Below are positions 45,012 to 55,352 of a stretch of DNA of 64,000 nt, piece by piece (the stretch's first letter is position 1; the number at the start of each line of letters is the position of its first letter). Location of the stretch: positions 224,001-288,000 of the forward strand of contig JAYFMW010000003.1 in the NCBI GenBank assembly GCA_042408215.1, given 5' to 3'. The notes below the pieces were generated by a model. The model was given only the letters and a program-made list of their open reading frames with translations, made no database searches and was not told the origin of the DNA. The position numbers and the translations under genes were made by a program. Origin of the DNA: Microcoleus sp. (GTDB taxonomy: Bacteria; Cyanobacteriota; Cyanobacteriia; Cyanobacteriales; Microcoleaceae).

Positions 45012-46443
45012 ATGCAACTAGCAGAAAGACATATCATTAAATCCACCGAGAATCGTTTTGTTGAAATTGACGGATTAGCCTTTAAATCCAAAAATCTCTA
45101 CAACGTCGCTAACTACGTTATTCGTCAGAGTTTTGTCTATGGATGGGGTTATATCAATTACAACGAAATGAACCGTTTGATGAAGTCTCATCAAGCATAC
45201 AAGGACTTACCAGCCAAGGTAAGTCAACAAATATTGATGATATTGGACAAGAATTGGCAAGCTTTTTTTGAAGCCGTTAAAGCTTACAATATTGAGCCAA
45301 CAAAATTTACTGGTAGCCCAAAGTTGCCCAAGTACAAAGATCAAGTTAAGGGTCGGAATATTCTCGTCTATACGATTCAGGCGATTAGTAGCAAGCAACT
45401 AAAGAAAGGAATTATCCATCTGTCCGGGACTAACATCTTGATTAAGACCCTGGTAAAACCAGAGCAAATTTGTCAAGTTAGACTGGTGCCAAAATGTGAT
45501 TCTTATGTAATCGAGGTAATTTATAATGAGCCGGAGTCCACCATTGATGAAAATCAGAAAGAATTAGTAGCTAGTATTGATTTAGGATTGAATAATTTAG
45601 TGGCGCTAACTTCAAATCAGCCGGGATTTGTCCCTTTATTGATTAACGGGCGACCACTGAAATCAATTAATCAATTTTACAATAAGCGTGCAGCTACAAT
45701 CTCGATTGAAAGAGAGTCGCAAAACATCGCGTAGAATTCAGCGATTGACTCGTTGTAGAAACCAAAAAATCGATAATTACTTACACCAGGCCAGTCGTTC
45801 TATCATCAATATTTTAAGATCGGGAAAGATTGGGACTCTGGTAATAGGGAAAAATGTGCAATGGAAAAACGAGATTAATTTGGGGAAACAAACTAATCAG
45901 AACTTCGTAACTATTCCTCATGCTCGATTTATTGAGATGTTGGAGTATAAGGCTGCATTGGTTGGAATAAAAGTGATTGTACAGGAAGAGTCATATACCT
46001 CTCAATCCAGTTTCCTAAATCTAGACCCGATCCCTGTTTATGGGAATAGTGATACCCAAAAAAAGGTATTCAGTGGCCAACGAATTAAGAGAGGATTGTA
46101 CAAAACATCCTGCGGTCAATTAATTAATGCCGATGTTAATGGGTCTTACAATATTATGCGAAAAGCAATCCCAAATGCCTTGTGCAATGGGATAGAGAGC
46201 TGCGTAGTTCAGCCGAGGCGGTTGAATCCGCTCGAAGTGAAAGCGAAAGGGGAGGGATTCAACGCCTCCCATGGCACTGTAATAGATGACTATACTTTTA
46301 CCAGCTATTCTGCCTGGAGGATTGTTAAAATCATCGACTCAGAATTGGCAATATTTCTTATACGGCACGCTGAGTCAACAATCCCCAGACGAAAAGTACA
46401 ACGATCGCGCCGACAACAGCAAAAGCAATACTGGGTAGGGTAA
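45012..46443 (+). pseudogene. tnpB: TnpB (second clade) split by a frameshift near 45690
   Basis: SKNLYN..NY, SIDLGLNN in the first ORF; YLHQAS, QEESYTS, INADVNGSYNI in the second ORF. Confidence 0.82.
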
Positions 46444-46630
46444 TTGCTCCGAAAGAAGCTCCCCCGCTAGTTCCCAGCAAGACTTGACCTAGATAACCTC
46501 CCACGAGCGCGCCCAAAATTCCTAAACCTGTGGTTGCGAGGAAACCGCCGCCTTGAGTTCCCGGATAAATGGCTTTGGCGATCGCACCTGCAATGAGTCC
46601 TAAAACAATCCAAGCAATAATACCGCCCAT
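46358..46630 (-). CDS. GlsB/YeaQ/YmgE family stress-response membrane protein
   Basis: IIAWIVLGLIAGAIAKAI.PG...GILGA.VGG motif. Confidence 0.9.
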   Translation of the reverse strand: MGGIIAWIVLGLIAGAIAKAIYPGTQGGGFLATTGLGILGALVGGYLGQVLLGTSGGASFGAITLPSIAFAVVGAIVVLFVWGLLTQRAV

Positions 46631-46952
46631 GTCTCTTTCTCCTGACAACTTAACTTTTCTCGTTCCTTGTCTTATCTTTTAAGAATAACAACGGAGATCG
46701 ACCGATCGCCTCTATCATAGGGAGGAACCTAAAGTGGTAAAATCTTTAGGAAATCTTCAAAAGTATGAAGTTTTTTAATCTGTCAAAAGAGTTAATCAGA
46801 CCTTTGTACCGCAGAAAGGCACTGATGCTGAAAACACTGATGCAGAAGGTTCAAGGGAAAGCGGCAAAGGGAGAATTTTTTTCTGGGCTTTTTCTCTTTT
46901 ACTACTCAATCAAATTACAATAATTATTTGAAAATAGGAAAGTTTGCGCCCG

Positions 46953-48140
46953 ATGGATCTGACTTTGTGCATGATTGTGAAGAATGAAGCAGCAACACTA
47001 CCGCGGACTTTGGCTAGTGTTAAGGGTGTTGTTGATGAAATGGTGGTGCTGGATACCGGTTCGGGCGATCGCACTCGTGAAATTGCACAAGAATTTGGGG
47101 CGAGGGTTTATCGCTTTGAATGGTGCGATGACTTCGCAGCAGCGCGCAATGAGTGTCTGAAATACGCTACGGGTGACTGGATTTTGGTGTTGGATGCCGA
47201 TGAGGTGCTGGTACCGCAGATTGTACCTCAAATTAAGCAGGGAATTCAGAGCGATCGCCCGTTGCTAATCAATCTCATCCGTCAAGAAGTCGGCGCATCT
47301 CAATCTCCCTATTCCCTGGTGTCGCGCTTGTTTCGCAATCGCCCCGACATCCGCTTTTCGCGACCTTATCACGCAATGGTAGACGACAGCGTGGCTGAGA
47401 TTTTGCAGAGGGAACCTGAGTGGAAAATAGCTGCTATCCCAGATGTGGCGATTTGGCACTCTGGTTATCACAAAGATGCGATCGCCACTAAAAGTAAATT
47501 CCAAAAAGCTCAAGCTGCGATGGAACGATATATCGCTTACTACCCAAGCGATGCCTATGCTTGTAGCAAATTAGGCGCTTTATATGTAGAAAGCGGACAA
47601 GTTCAGCGGGGAATTAATTTATTAACTAAGGGCTTGACGGCTGTCCCCATTGATGATTCTATTGTTTACGAACTCAACTATCATTTGGGAATTGCTTACC
47701 GCCAACAGCAGCAATTTGTGAAAGCCAAGGAACACTATCAAGCGGCAATTAATACCAATGTTTTGCCAGCGCTCAAGTTGGGTGCTTACAATAATTTGGG
47801 AAATTTGCTCAAGGATGAAGGAGATTTGACAACTGCTGAAATGGCTTACAAAGCAGCTTTAAAAATTGACCCCAATTTTGCAATCGGTCACTACAATTTG
47901 GGACTGACGCTGAAAGCCGGGGGGAATTTGGCAGATGCGATCGCCTATTACCGACAAGCGATTAAAATCGCTCCCGAACACGCCGAAGCTCATCAAAATT
48001 TGGCAGTAGCACTGCTGAAAATTGGCAAAATGCCTGAGAGTTTAGCAGAATTCAAAAGGGCGATCGCCCTTCACGAACAGCGCCGTCCTTTTGAAGCAGA
48101 ACGCCTGCGCCGCGGCTTGCGAGAAATGGGCTTGATTTAA
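46953..48140 (+). CDS. Glycosyltransferase family 2 with C-terminal TPR repeats
   Basis: LCMIVKNE, DTGS.D, DF.AARN, LDADE motifs; TPR repeats. Confidence 0.92.
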   Translation: MDLTLCMIVKNEAATLPRTLASVKGVVDEMVVLDTGSGDRTREIAQEFGARVYRFEWCDDFAAARNECLKYATGDWILVLDADEVLVPQIVPQIKQGIQSDRPLLINLIRQEVGASQSPYSLVSRLFRNRPDIRFSRPYHAMVDDSVAEILQREPEWKIAAIPDVAIWHSGYHKDAIATKSKFQKAQAAMERYIAYYPSDAYACSKLGALYVESGQVQRGINLLTKGLTAVPIDDSIVYELNYHLGIAYRQQQQFVKAKEHYQAAINTNVLPALKLGAYNNLGNLLKDEGDLTTAEMAYKAALKIDPNFAIGHYNLGLTLKAGGNLADAIAYYRQAIKIAPEHAEAHQNLAVALLKIGKMPESLAEFKRAIALHEQRRPFEAERLRRGLREMGLI

Positions 48141-48271
48141 CTAATGCGAACGGGAAGTCCCGCGCTCTATCCGTTTACAAGGATGAGCGACGGGATGAAA
48201 GTGAGCCAGAAACAAATTGAGCGATAGCGAATCAATATGGCATTCCTCTATGCTATAACGATCTATCTTAT

Positions 48272-48570
48272 AAAGAATACCCTGAAAACCCTGTGACTTT
48301 AGTCCAGGGATGAAAGAGCGTTGCAGGATTTATCCAGCCAGCCCTCTTTATGCAAGACACAAACCACATTCTGTTACCAGAAAAATGTGGGATGGATACA
48401 CAGACGCAGGTCTATACCAGCAAAGGCCTACCACAAGTAGCCATAGACTCAGCAATGGGCGAGTGGGTAGTGGGTTATTGACAAACCCTTTAAGAATCAA
48501 GATTTGGGTGGATTCATCCCCCAAAGTTTGTCCTTAAGAATCCCCGTGTCTTTTGACCGGGGAGTGTCAA
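48272..48570 (+). mobile_element. 299-bp non-autonomous IS200/IS605-type element nested in the tnpB element
   Basis: Follows TTAT; left hairpin CCCTGTGACTTTAGTCCAGGG, right hairpin CCCCGTGTCTTTTGACCGGGG, ends GTGTCAA; no credible ORF. Confidence 0.65.
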
Positions 48571-49506
48571 AAGAACTTCTTTGACAAAAGGGCGATGCTG
48601 CCACGATTTAAGTCAAAGCACAGTAGGCAATCCATTGGCTATCCTCAAAACGTCAAGTTTGATGGCGACTAGATCAATTTACCTAAAATTGGATTAGTAC
48701 ATTGTCGGCTTCACCGAAGCTTTGAGGGTGATATCAAAACTGTCACTGTGTCTCGAAATCCTGATGGAAAATATTTTGTTTCCGTTCTAGTTGACGATGG
48801 CAAAGCTAATCTGGGGTCAGTAGCAGTAAACAAAGCTGTTGGCATTGATGTTGGGCTGACCCACTTTGCTATTACCAGTGATGGCTCAAAGTTTGACAAT
48901 CCTCGCTATTTTGTGAAGCGTCAGCGTAATCTAAAAAGGAAACAGCACAAGCTATCTCGTAAAAAGAAAGGTAGTCAAAATCGCAAAAAAGCAAGATTGG
49001 CGGTGGCGAAAGTTCACTCCAAAACTGCTAGGTGTCGTGAAGATTTTCTGCACAAGCTATCCCGCAAGATAGTAAACGAAAACCAAGTTATTGCCGTAGA
49101 AAATCTTAATGTCAAGGGTATGGTCAAAAATCATAATCTAGCTAATTGCTTTAGCGATGTTGGTTGGGGTATGTTCTACACCATGCTCAAATATAAGGCT
49201 GAAAACGAAGGGAAAACTTATATCGAGATCGATCGGTTTTTCCCTAGCTCGAAGACCTGCCATGTATGCCTAAATCGAGTCGATCATCTCACTCTTGATG
49301 TAAGGGCATGGACTTGTAAGCATTGCGGTACTCACCATGACCGCGATGTAAATGCAGCGATCAATATTAGAAATGAAGCCTTGCGGATTCTGGCGTTAGG
49401 AACTAGCGCTTCTGCCTGGGTCGGGGATGTAAGTCGATCTGGCAAAACTTCGGTTTTGTTGGACGCTATCCCCAATGAATCAGGAAGCCACCGCTGTACC
49501 GCCTAA
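48571..49506 (+). pseudogene. tnpB: 5'-truncated tnpB with an in-frame stop near 48670
   Basis: Reads KNFFDKRAMLPRFKSKH...QSIGYPQNVK..*...; GIDVG, VENL, DRDVNAA retained; about 88 N-terminal codons missing relative to the 25198 copy. Confidence 0.85.
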
Positions 49507-49538
49507 ACGGTCAGCGTCTGGTAGTTCACCAAATCAAA

Positions 49539-50249
49539 TCAAGCAATAACCTCGACTTCGCCGCTGTCTATATCGTAGCGCGCCCCAACAACTTTAAGTG
49601 TGCCCGCTTTGACTGCTTTAGCTAAAATAGGTGACAAAGCTTTTAACTTATTTACGCTCATTTTCACATGAGCTCTGACTGCGTTATCCCAGGCATCGCC
49701 CGGTTGACCTTTGGTGGCATAAACTGCCGGTTTAATCGCCGCCACCAAACTGCCAATGTGGCCCGGAACCGGTTTGCCATCCAAAGCTGCTTTGACAGCA
49801 CCGCAGCGTTCGTGACCCAGAACTACTAGCAGCGGAACGCCTAATTCTGCTGCGGCATATTCTATGCTGCCGAGCACCACATTGTCGAGGACGTTTCCAG
49901 CTACTCGGATCTCAAATAAATCCCCCAATCCTTGGTCGAAAAGAATTTCGGGAGCCACCCGGGAATCAGAACAGCCCAGGACGATCGCAAACGGATGTTG
50001 ACCCTTTGCTAATTCTAAAATGCGCGATCGGCTTTGGTCGGGAAATGTGCGTTTTTGCTGAATGTACCGCCGATTCCCGTCCATCAATTTCTTGAGTGCG
50101 GCATCGGGAGTGATGTTTGAGGTTTCTGAAGCATTTGCAGCTTCAACTTTTAAGAGTCCCGGTGCAATACTTGCCATCAGTGTCCCTGCACCTACCATCA
50201 AGATGGCATTCCGCCTAGACATCCAGCCTGTTTTTCTTTTGTCGGTCAT
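49539..50249 (-). CDS. Beta-class carbonic anhydrase with Tat signal
   Basis: SRRNAI twin-arginine motif; CSDSR and HERCGA zinc ligands. Confidence 0.92.
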   Translation of the reverse strand: MTDKRKTGWMSRRNAILMVGAGTLMASIAPGLLKVEAANASETSNITPDAALKKLMDGNRRYIQQKRTFPDQSRSRILELAKGQHPFAIVLGCSDSRVAPEILFDQGLGDLFEIRVAGNVLDNVVLGSIEYAAAELGVPLLVVLGHERCGAVKAALDGKPVPGHIGSLVAAIKPAVYATKGQPGDAWDNAVRAHVKMSVNKLKALSPILAKAVKAGTLKVVGARYDIDSGEVEVIA

Positions 50250-50447
50250 TGTTGAGAACTCTGTTTAAGCGTTAAATATTCTTAGCATAATATCTACAAT
50301 ATATTTTGACTGATTTTTTTATTTTTTCTTGACAAGCAGTCTCTCCCCAATTAAAAAGAATCATTAATAATTATAAAATATCGCCACCTAAAGATCAAAT
50401 AAAAGCTATAATTATTGTCTAACAATAATTTTTATTAATCTCTCAAA

Positions 50448-51281
50448 ATGCCTTACGTCGCCAGTATTCAGATCTATCCGGTCAAATCCCTTGACGGCAT
50501 AGCAGTCAGTCAAGCAGCTATTCTGAGCAGCGGTGCTTTAGAGGGCGATCGCTCCTTTGCTATCTGTGACGCGCAAGGTGAATTGGTTAACGGCAAGCGC
50601 CACAACGGAACCCATTTTCTGCGTTTCTCCTTTGATCTCACCAATCGCATCGTCGGTCTGAAAATTCAAGGTACAGAAGAAGAAATCTTTTTTCACATCG
50701 ATCGAGAACGCAGTAGAATAGAATCTTGGTTGAGCAGCTACTTCGGTTTTCCGGTCAAGTTAGTTGAGAACTTGCTAACTGGCTTTCCCGACGCTCCCGC
50801 AGCACCGGGGCCAACTATCATCAGTACCGAAACAATTGCAGAAGTTGCATCTTGGTTTCCGAGAGTTTGCGTTAACGAGATGCGGCAGCACCTGCGAGCT
50901 AATATTGAAATTGGAGATGTCCCGCCGTTTTGGGAAGACCAACTTTTTGCAGCAAGTGATGAGGTTGTTCGCTTTCAAATAGGGAAAGTAATATTTGAAG
51001 CTATTAATCCCAGCCAGCAGTGGATCGGATCGACGAGCAATTATTTTTCCAGAGAAGTTTATCCCAATTTTCAAAAGGTATGCACAGCCAAGCGGAATGA
51101 AAAAATGCCTGATTCCGCAAGACGATGGCCTTTAAATCACTTTTACCAACTCAACATTAACACGCGAGTTCCCGATCGATCATCAGGAAAAATAGTACAA
51201 ATAGGAGATGAAGTGAAAATCCTCAGCGTCAACAAAGCCGTATTCAATAGCATTTCTGATGAGTTGTATCCCACGAATTAG
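50448..51281 (+). CDS. MOSC domain protein
   Basis: IYPVKSLDG, GDR.FA, RANIE and G.IVQIGD motifs. Confidence 0.8.
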   Translation: MPYVASIQIYPVKSLDGIAVSQAAILSSGALEGDRSFAICDAQGELVNGKRHNGTHFLRFSFDLTNRIVGLKIQGTEEEIFFHIDRERSRIESWLSSYFGFPVKLVENLLTGFPDAPAAPGPTIISTETIAEVASWFPRVCVNEMRQHLRANIEIGDVPPFWEDQLFAASDEVVRFQIGKVIFEAINPSQQWIGSTSNYFSREVYPNFQKVCTAKRNEKMPDSARRWPLNHFYQLNINTRVPDRSSGKIVQIGDEVKILSVNKAVFNSISDELYPTN

Positions 51282-52138
51282 AAAAAAGTCGGTGGCAACT
51301 CCAGAGCAAGCTGACCCAACACACCAGTTCTAAAATCATTCAACATCTGCCGCGCCGTTCGTTCGACATCTCCTTGATACCTGTCTTTAGCTACCTCATG
51401 CAAATAATCCTCACCATTAGTAGATGCAGTATCTAATTTATACCTCGATTTGAATCCAGATACTGAGACCAAACTTTCATCATTAGCTTGCAGCCCTGTG
51501 AGCAAATCTACCATAGCCGCTGCTACTACCTGATTGTCGTAAGCTGCTTCGCCAATATCTTCACAAATAGCTAATTTTATGGCATTTTCGAGATTGCTAA
51601 TTCGGGTTGGGATCACTCCGGGGGCGTCTAACAACTCAATTTCTTCAGAAATACGAATCCATCTGAGCGATCGAGTCACTCCAGCTCTGCGGGCACTATC
51701 TACTACTCTGCGCCCTAACAACCGATTAATCAAAGCAGATTTTCCCACATTCGGAAAACCAATCACCACAGCCCTTACTGGACGAGGAAGCATACCTCGA
51801 TCGAACCTTCTTTGATTGAGTTGCACCCCAGCATTCTGCACAGCCGCCGCCACATCATCCACCCCTCGCCCGTGCTCGGCATTTGTAAAATAAGCAGTTT
51901 CCCCCTGTGACTCAAACGATTGTTCCCACAGAGCGCGCAATTGAGGCGGAATCATGTCCATGCGGTTAATCACTAATACTTTAGCCTTACTGCCCACCCA
52001 AATCGGCATTTGGGGATGGTAAGTAGCCAAAGGAATGCGAGCATCTCGGACTTCGAGCACCACATCTACCCGCTTTAGTTGTTCTTTTAAGGCCCGTTCA
52101 GCTTTGGCAATGTGACCGGGATACCATTGAATTTTCAT
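51278..52138 (-). CDS. ylqF: Ribosome biogenesis GTPase YlqF/RbgA
   Basis: IQWYPGH, DARIP, GFPNVGKS, GVTR and DAPG motifs. Confidence 0.95.
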   Translation of the reverse strand: MKIQWYPGHIAKAERALKEQLKRVDVVLEVRDARIPLATYHPQMPIWVGSKAKVLVINRMDMIPPQLRALWEQSFESQGETAYFTNAEHGRGVDDVAAAVQNAGVQLNQRRFDRGMLPRPVRAVVIGFPNVGKSALINRLLGRRVVDSARRAGVTRSLRWIRISEEIELLDAPGVIPTRISNLENAIKLAICEDIGEAAYDNQVVAAAMVDLLTGLQANDESLVSVSGFKSRYKLDTASTNGEDYLHEVAKDRYQGDVERTARQMLNDFRTGVLGQLALELPPTFF

Positions 52139-52324
52139 GAGTTATTAGTTATTAGTTATTAGTCATTAGTCAGTAGTCATTAGTCAGTAGTCAGTAGTCA
52201 TTAGTCAGTAGTCAGTAGTCAGTAGTCAGTAGTCAGCGATCGTTCAATCAATAACTAATAACTCATAACCAATGACCAATGACCAATGACTACTGACCAA
52301 TGACCAATGACTAATGACTAATAA

Positions 52325-52738
52325 CTAAGGCACTATCAAAACTGCACAAGGAGATAGGTTGATCACCCGACTGGTAACGCTGTCAGACGCCCCATCATCA
52401 GTTAAACCCATCCCCCGACAGCCCATCACAATCAAATCAGCCCCAATTTCGTCAGCCACATCACAAATCGTGAAAGCAGGCTTGCCTTCCCGTTCAATGA
52501 TTTCAGCTTCAATTCCCTGCTGGGAAAACATCGCATGAGCCTCAGACAGCAATTTGGCGACTGCTTCCGGGGAAGCCATCACTTCTCGCGGCGGGGATTC
52601 GCCCTCCTCGGCTGGGGGTTCGACTACCGACAGAATCACTAAACGAGAACCGTAGGTTTTCACAATATTGACAACCTTTTCGGCAGCTTCGCGGGCTTCT
52701 CGGCTTTGATCTACAGGAAATAAGACAGTCTTGAACAT
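52325..52738 (-). CDS. Universal stress protein
   Basis: FKTVLFPVD...ADLIVMGCRG...SVT..VI...PC.VLIVP. Confidence 0.9.
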   Translation of the reverse strand: MFKTVLFPVDQSREAREAAEKVVNIVKTYGSRLVILSVVEPPAEEGESPPREVMASPEAVAKLLSEAHAMFSQQGIEAEIIEREGKPAFTICDVADEIGADLIVMGCRGMGLTDDGASDSVTSRVINLSPCAVLIVP

Positions 52739-52920
52739 AGCGCACATCTCCCGGGCACGGACTCCGATAAAATGTTTACATTGAACCAATCAGTGCAGCT
52801 TGTTTCATCTTCCGTTTTTTGTACGGGCGCGGTTAAATGCGTCCGAGGCCGGGTGCAAGTGACCTGTGCCGCCATTTCCACGGAATTAGACAAAAACACA
52901 CATATTAGGAGGTTGATCCT

Positions 52921-54120
52921 GTGACCAAAAAAACTGTAGCAAATTTATCGGCATCGGACTTATCGGGAAAACGGGTACTGGTGCGGGCGGACTTTAACGT
53001 GCCGCTCGACAACGGCAATATCACCGATGATACTCGCATCCGGGCTGCTCTGCCGACAATTCAAGATTTAGCCTCCAAGGGTGCTAAGGTGATTTTGTGC
53101 AGCCACTTCGGGCGTCCCAATGGCGTGACAGAGAAGTTGCGCTTGACGCCTGTTGCTAAGCGGCTGTCGGAATTGTTGGGTAAAGAAGTCAAAAAAACTG
53201 ATGACTGCATCGGCGAGGAAGTTGCTGCTACAGTCGCGGCGATGCAAGATGGCGATGTGATTTTGCTGGAAAATGTCCGCTTTCACCCAGAAGAGGAAGC
53301 AAACGACCCGGAATTTGCTAAGCAGTTAGCTTCTGTGGCCGATTTGTATGTCAATGATGCTTTTGGTACTGCTCACCGGGCTCACGCTTCTACTGAGGGT
53401 GTGACTAAGTATCTGAGTCCTTCTGTGGCTGGGTTTTTGATGGAGAAGGAATTGCAGTATCTTGGTAGTGCGATCGACAATCCTCAGCGTCCTTTAGCTG
53501 CGATTATCGGCGGTTCTAAGGTTTCTAGCAAGATTGGAGTCATTGAAAAACTGCTGGAGAAGTGCGACAAATTGCTCTTGGGCGGTGGCATGGTTTTCAC
53601 ATTCTACAAGGCTCGCGGCTTGAACGTTGGCAAGTCTTTGGTCGAAGATGACAAGCTGGAATTGGCTAAGTCTTTGGAAGCTAAGGCGAAGGAACGGGGA
53701 GTTGCTTTTCTGTTACCTACTGATGTGATAGTTGCTGACAAGTTTGCTGCTGATGCTAATACTCAAACTGTCTCCGTTGAGAACATTCCCGACGGTTGGA
53801 TGGGTTTGGATATTGGCCCGGATTCAGTGAAAACTTTTCAAGCTGCTTTGGCTGATTGCAAAACAGTAATCTGGAACGGCCCGATGGGTGTGTTTGAGAT
53901 GGAGAAGTTTGCTGCGGGTACTGAAGGTATCGCTCATTCTTTGGCTGGACTTACTAAAACTGGTACTACCACAATTATCGGTGGTGGTGACTCGGTGGCG
54001 GCTGTGGAACAGTTGAATTTAGGCGCAGAAATGAGCCACATTTCTACTGGTGGCGGTGCTAGTTTGGAGCTGCTGGAAGGTAAGGAATTGCCTGGTGTTG
54101 CTGCTTTAGATGAGGCTTAA
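52921..54120 (+). CDS. pgk: Phosphoglycerate kinase
   Basis: [23 protein letters not shown] and STGGGASLE motifs; GGAGG RBS. Confidence 0.98.
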   Translation: MTKKTVANLSASDLSGKRVLVRADFNVPLDNGNITDDTRIRAALPTIQDLASKGAKVILCSHFGRPNGVTEKLRLTPVAKRLSELLGKEVKKTDDCIGEEVAATVAAMQDGDVILLENVRFHPEEEANDPEFAKQLASVADLYVNDAFGTAHRAHASTEGVTKYLSPSVAGFLMEKELQYLGSAIDNPQRPLAAIIGGSKVSSKIGVIEKLLEKCDKLLLGGGMVFTFYKARGLNVGKSLVEDDKLELAKSLEAKAKERGVAFLLPTDVIVADKFAADANTQTVSVENIPDGWMGLDIGPDSVKTFQAALADCKTVIWNGPMGVFEMEKFAAGTEGIAHSLAGLTKTGTTTIIGGGDSVAAVEQLNLGAEMSHISTGGGASLELLEGKELPGVAALDEA

Positions 54121-54126
54121 TTAAAA

Positions 54127-54238
54127 GTAGGGACACGGCATTGCCGTGTCCTTAATTAAGTAGGGACACGGCATTGCCGTGTCCCTACGGGGATTTATAG
54201 ATCGCGCGGTGTACTTCACAAACATGGAATCTGCTGTA
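54127..54238. repeat. Two GTAGGGACACGGCATTGCCGTGTCC palindromes plus the right arm of the composite repeat
   Basis: Uninterrupted form of the palindrome that hosts the MITE-like unit at 2659, 38159 and about 44505. Confidence 0.8.
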
Positions 54239-54371
54239 AGCGAATAGGTTTTTTGGGGATTTACCGCAGAGGGCGCAGAGAACGCAGAGCAAGAGAAAAG
54301 AGGGGAGGAAATGGGTTTAAAGTCTAGAGTTTGTTAGTATAATTTATTTGAAGTGGCTGTGAGGTTTGTTT

Positions 54372-55088
54372 GTGAAATTTAAAATCTTGGCAACTGTAAC
54401 GGCAAGTTTAGCTTTGTTTTGGTATTCGGCTCCTGTTCTCGCTCAAAATGCTGCTCATGTTAGGCAGTTGCTGGAAACTAAGGAGTGTGAGGGTTGTGAT
54501 TTGAGAAATGCTGATTTGTTTAAGGCTAGCTTGTATAGAGCTAAGTTGAAAGGGGCTGATTTAAGCGGAGCCAATCTTTATGAAGCTAATTTGATAGAAG
54601 CGGATTTAACTGATGCTAATTTGTCGAATGCTAATTTAGTCAATGCTGATTTGTATGGTGCTGATTTGGATAGTGCTAATCTGCGAAGTGCGAATTTGTC
54701 TAATGCTTTTTTGAGTAGAGCAAATATGACGATGGCTGACCTGCGTGGTGCTAAACTTTTTTCGGCTAATTTGGGTGAATCTTATTTGCTGAATGCTAAT
54801 TTGTCGAAGGCGGATTTGAGGCGATCGCTTTTGTTTAGAGTGAATTTAAGTCGAGCGAATTTAACTGGGGCGGATTTGTCTTTTGCGGATGTGCGCGATA
54901 CGAATTTGCAGAATGCTATTTTGTCTAATACTAGGCTACCAAAAGCTCAATTGAGTGGGACAAATATAGAGGCGGTGAGGGATTTCCGTCAGGCTGATTT
55001 GGAACGTGCCAATTTGCGGGGTACGAATTTGGGGCCGGTGGTTTGTGTGACGACTCATTATCCTTATTGTGTTTTGAATTTGGAGTGA
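54372..55088 (+). CDS. Secreted pentapeptide repeat protein
   Basis: Signal peptide, QLLETKEC..CDL, A(D/N)Lxx repeats; GTG start inferred. Confidence 0.92.
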   Translation: MKFKILATVTASLALFWYSAPVLAQNAAHVRQLLETKECEGCDLRNADLFKASLYRAKLKGADLSGANLYEANLIEADLTDANLSNANLVNADLYGADLDSANLRSANLSNAFLSRANMTMADLRGAKLFSANLGESYLLNANLSKADLRRSLLFRVNLSRANLTGADLSFADVRDTNLQNAILSNTRLPKAQLSGTNIEAVRDFRQADLERANLRGTNLGPVVCVTTHYPYCVLNLE

Positions 55089-55352
55089 TCGCTTGTAGGG
55101 TGCGTCAGTCGCCATAATTTGGGCTGGTAAGGGAGATTTTGAGGGGCTGACGCACCTGACGTTTAGGTATGAAGTTCGATCGCACTGGCAATTCTGTAGG
55201 GGAAGTGCGATCGCTCTTTGATGCACTATTCGTGTGGTTGTGGTAAAATATAAGTACCCCAGCCAAATTAGTGCAAGTCAGATAAATTTTGATGGCGGTC
55301 TAATTTTTATAGATCTATTAACTAATAAAATATTGGATATTTAGGTAAAAAA

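Larger units (their letters stand above)
48150..49529 (+). mobile_element. Degenerate IS200/IS605-family tnpB element
   Basis: Left end CGGGAAGTCCC...GCTCTA resembles 25049; right end TAGTTCAC at 49529 as in the first element. Confidence 0.75.

Noticed and set aside
45012..46443. Cas12f-type CRISPR effector
   Set aside because: No adjacent array or cas genes; frameshifted and consistent with an ordinary TnpB.
48310..48537. 75-aa ORF inside the mini-element as TnpA
   Set aside because: No HUH or catalytic Tyr motif, and too short.
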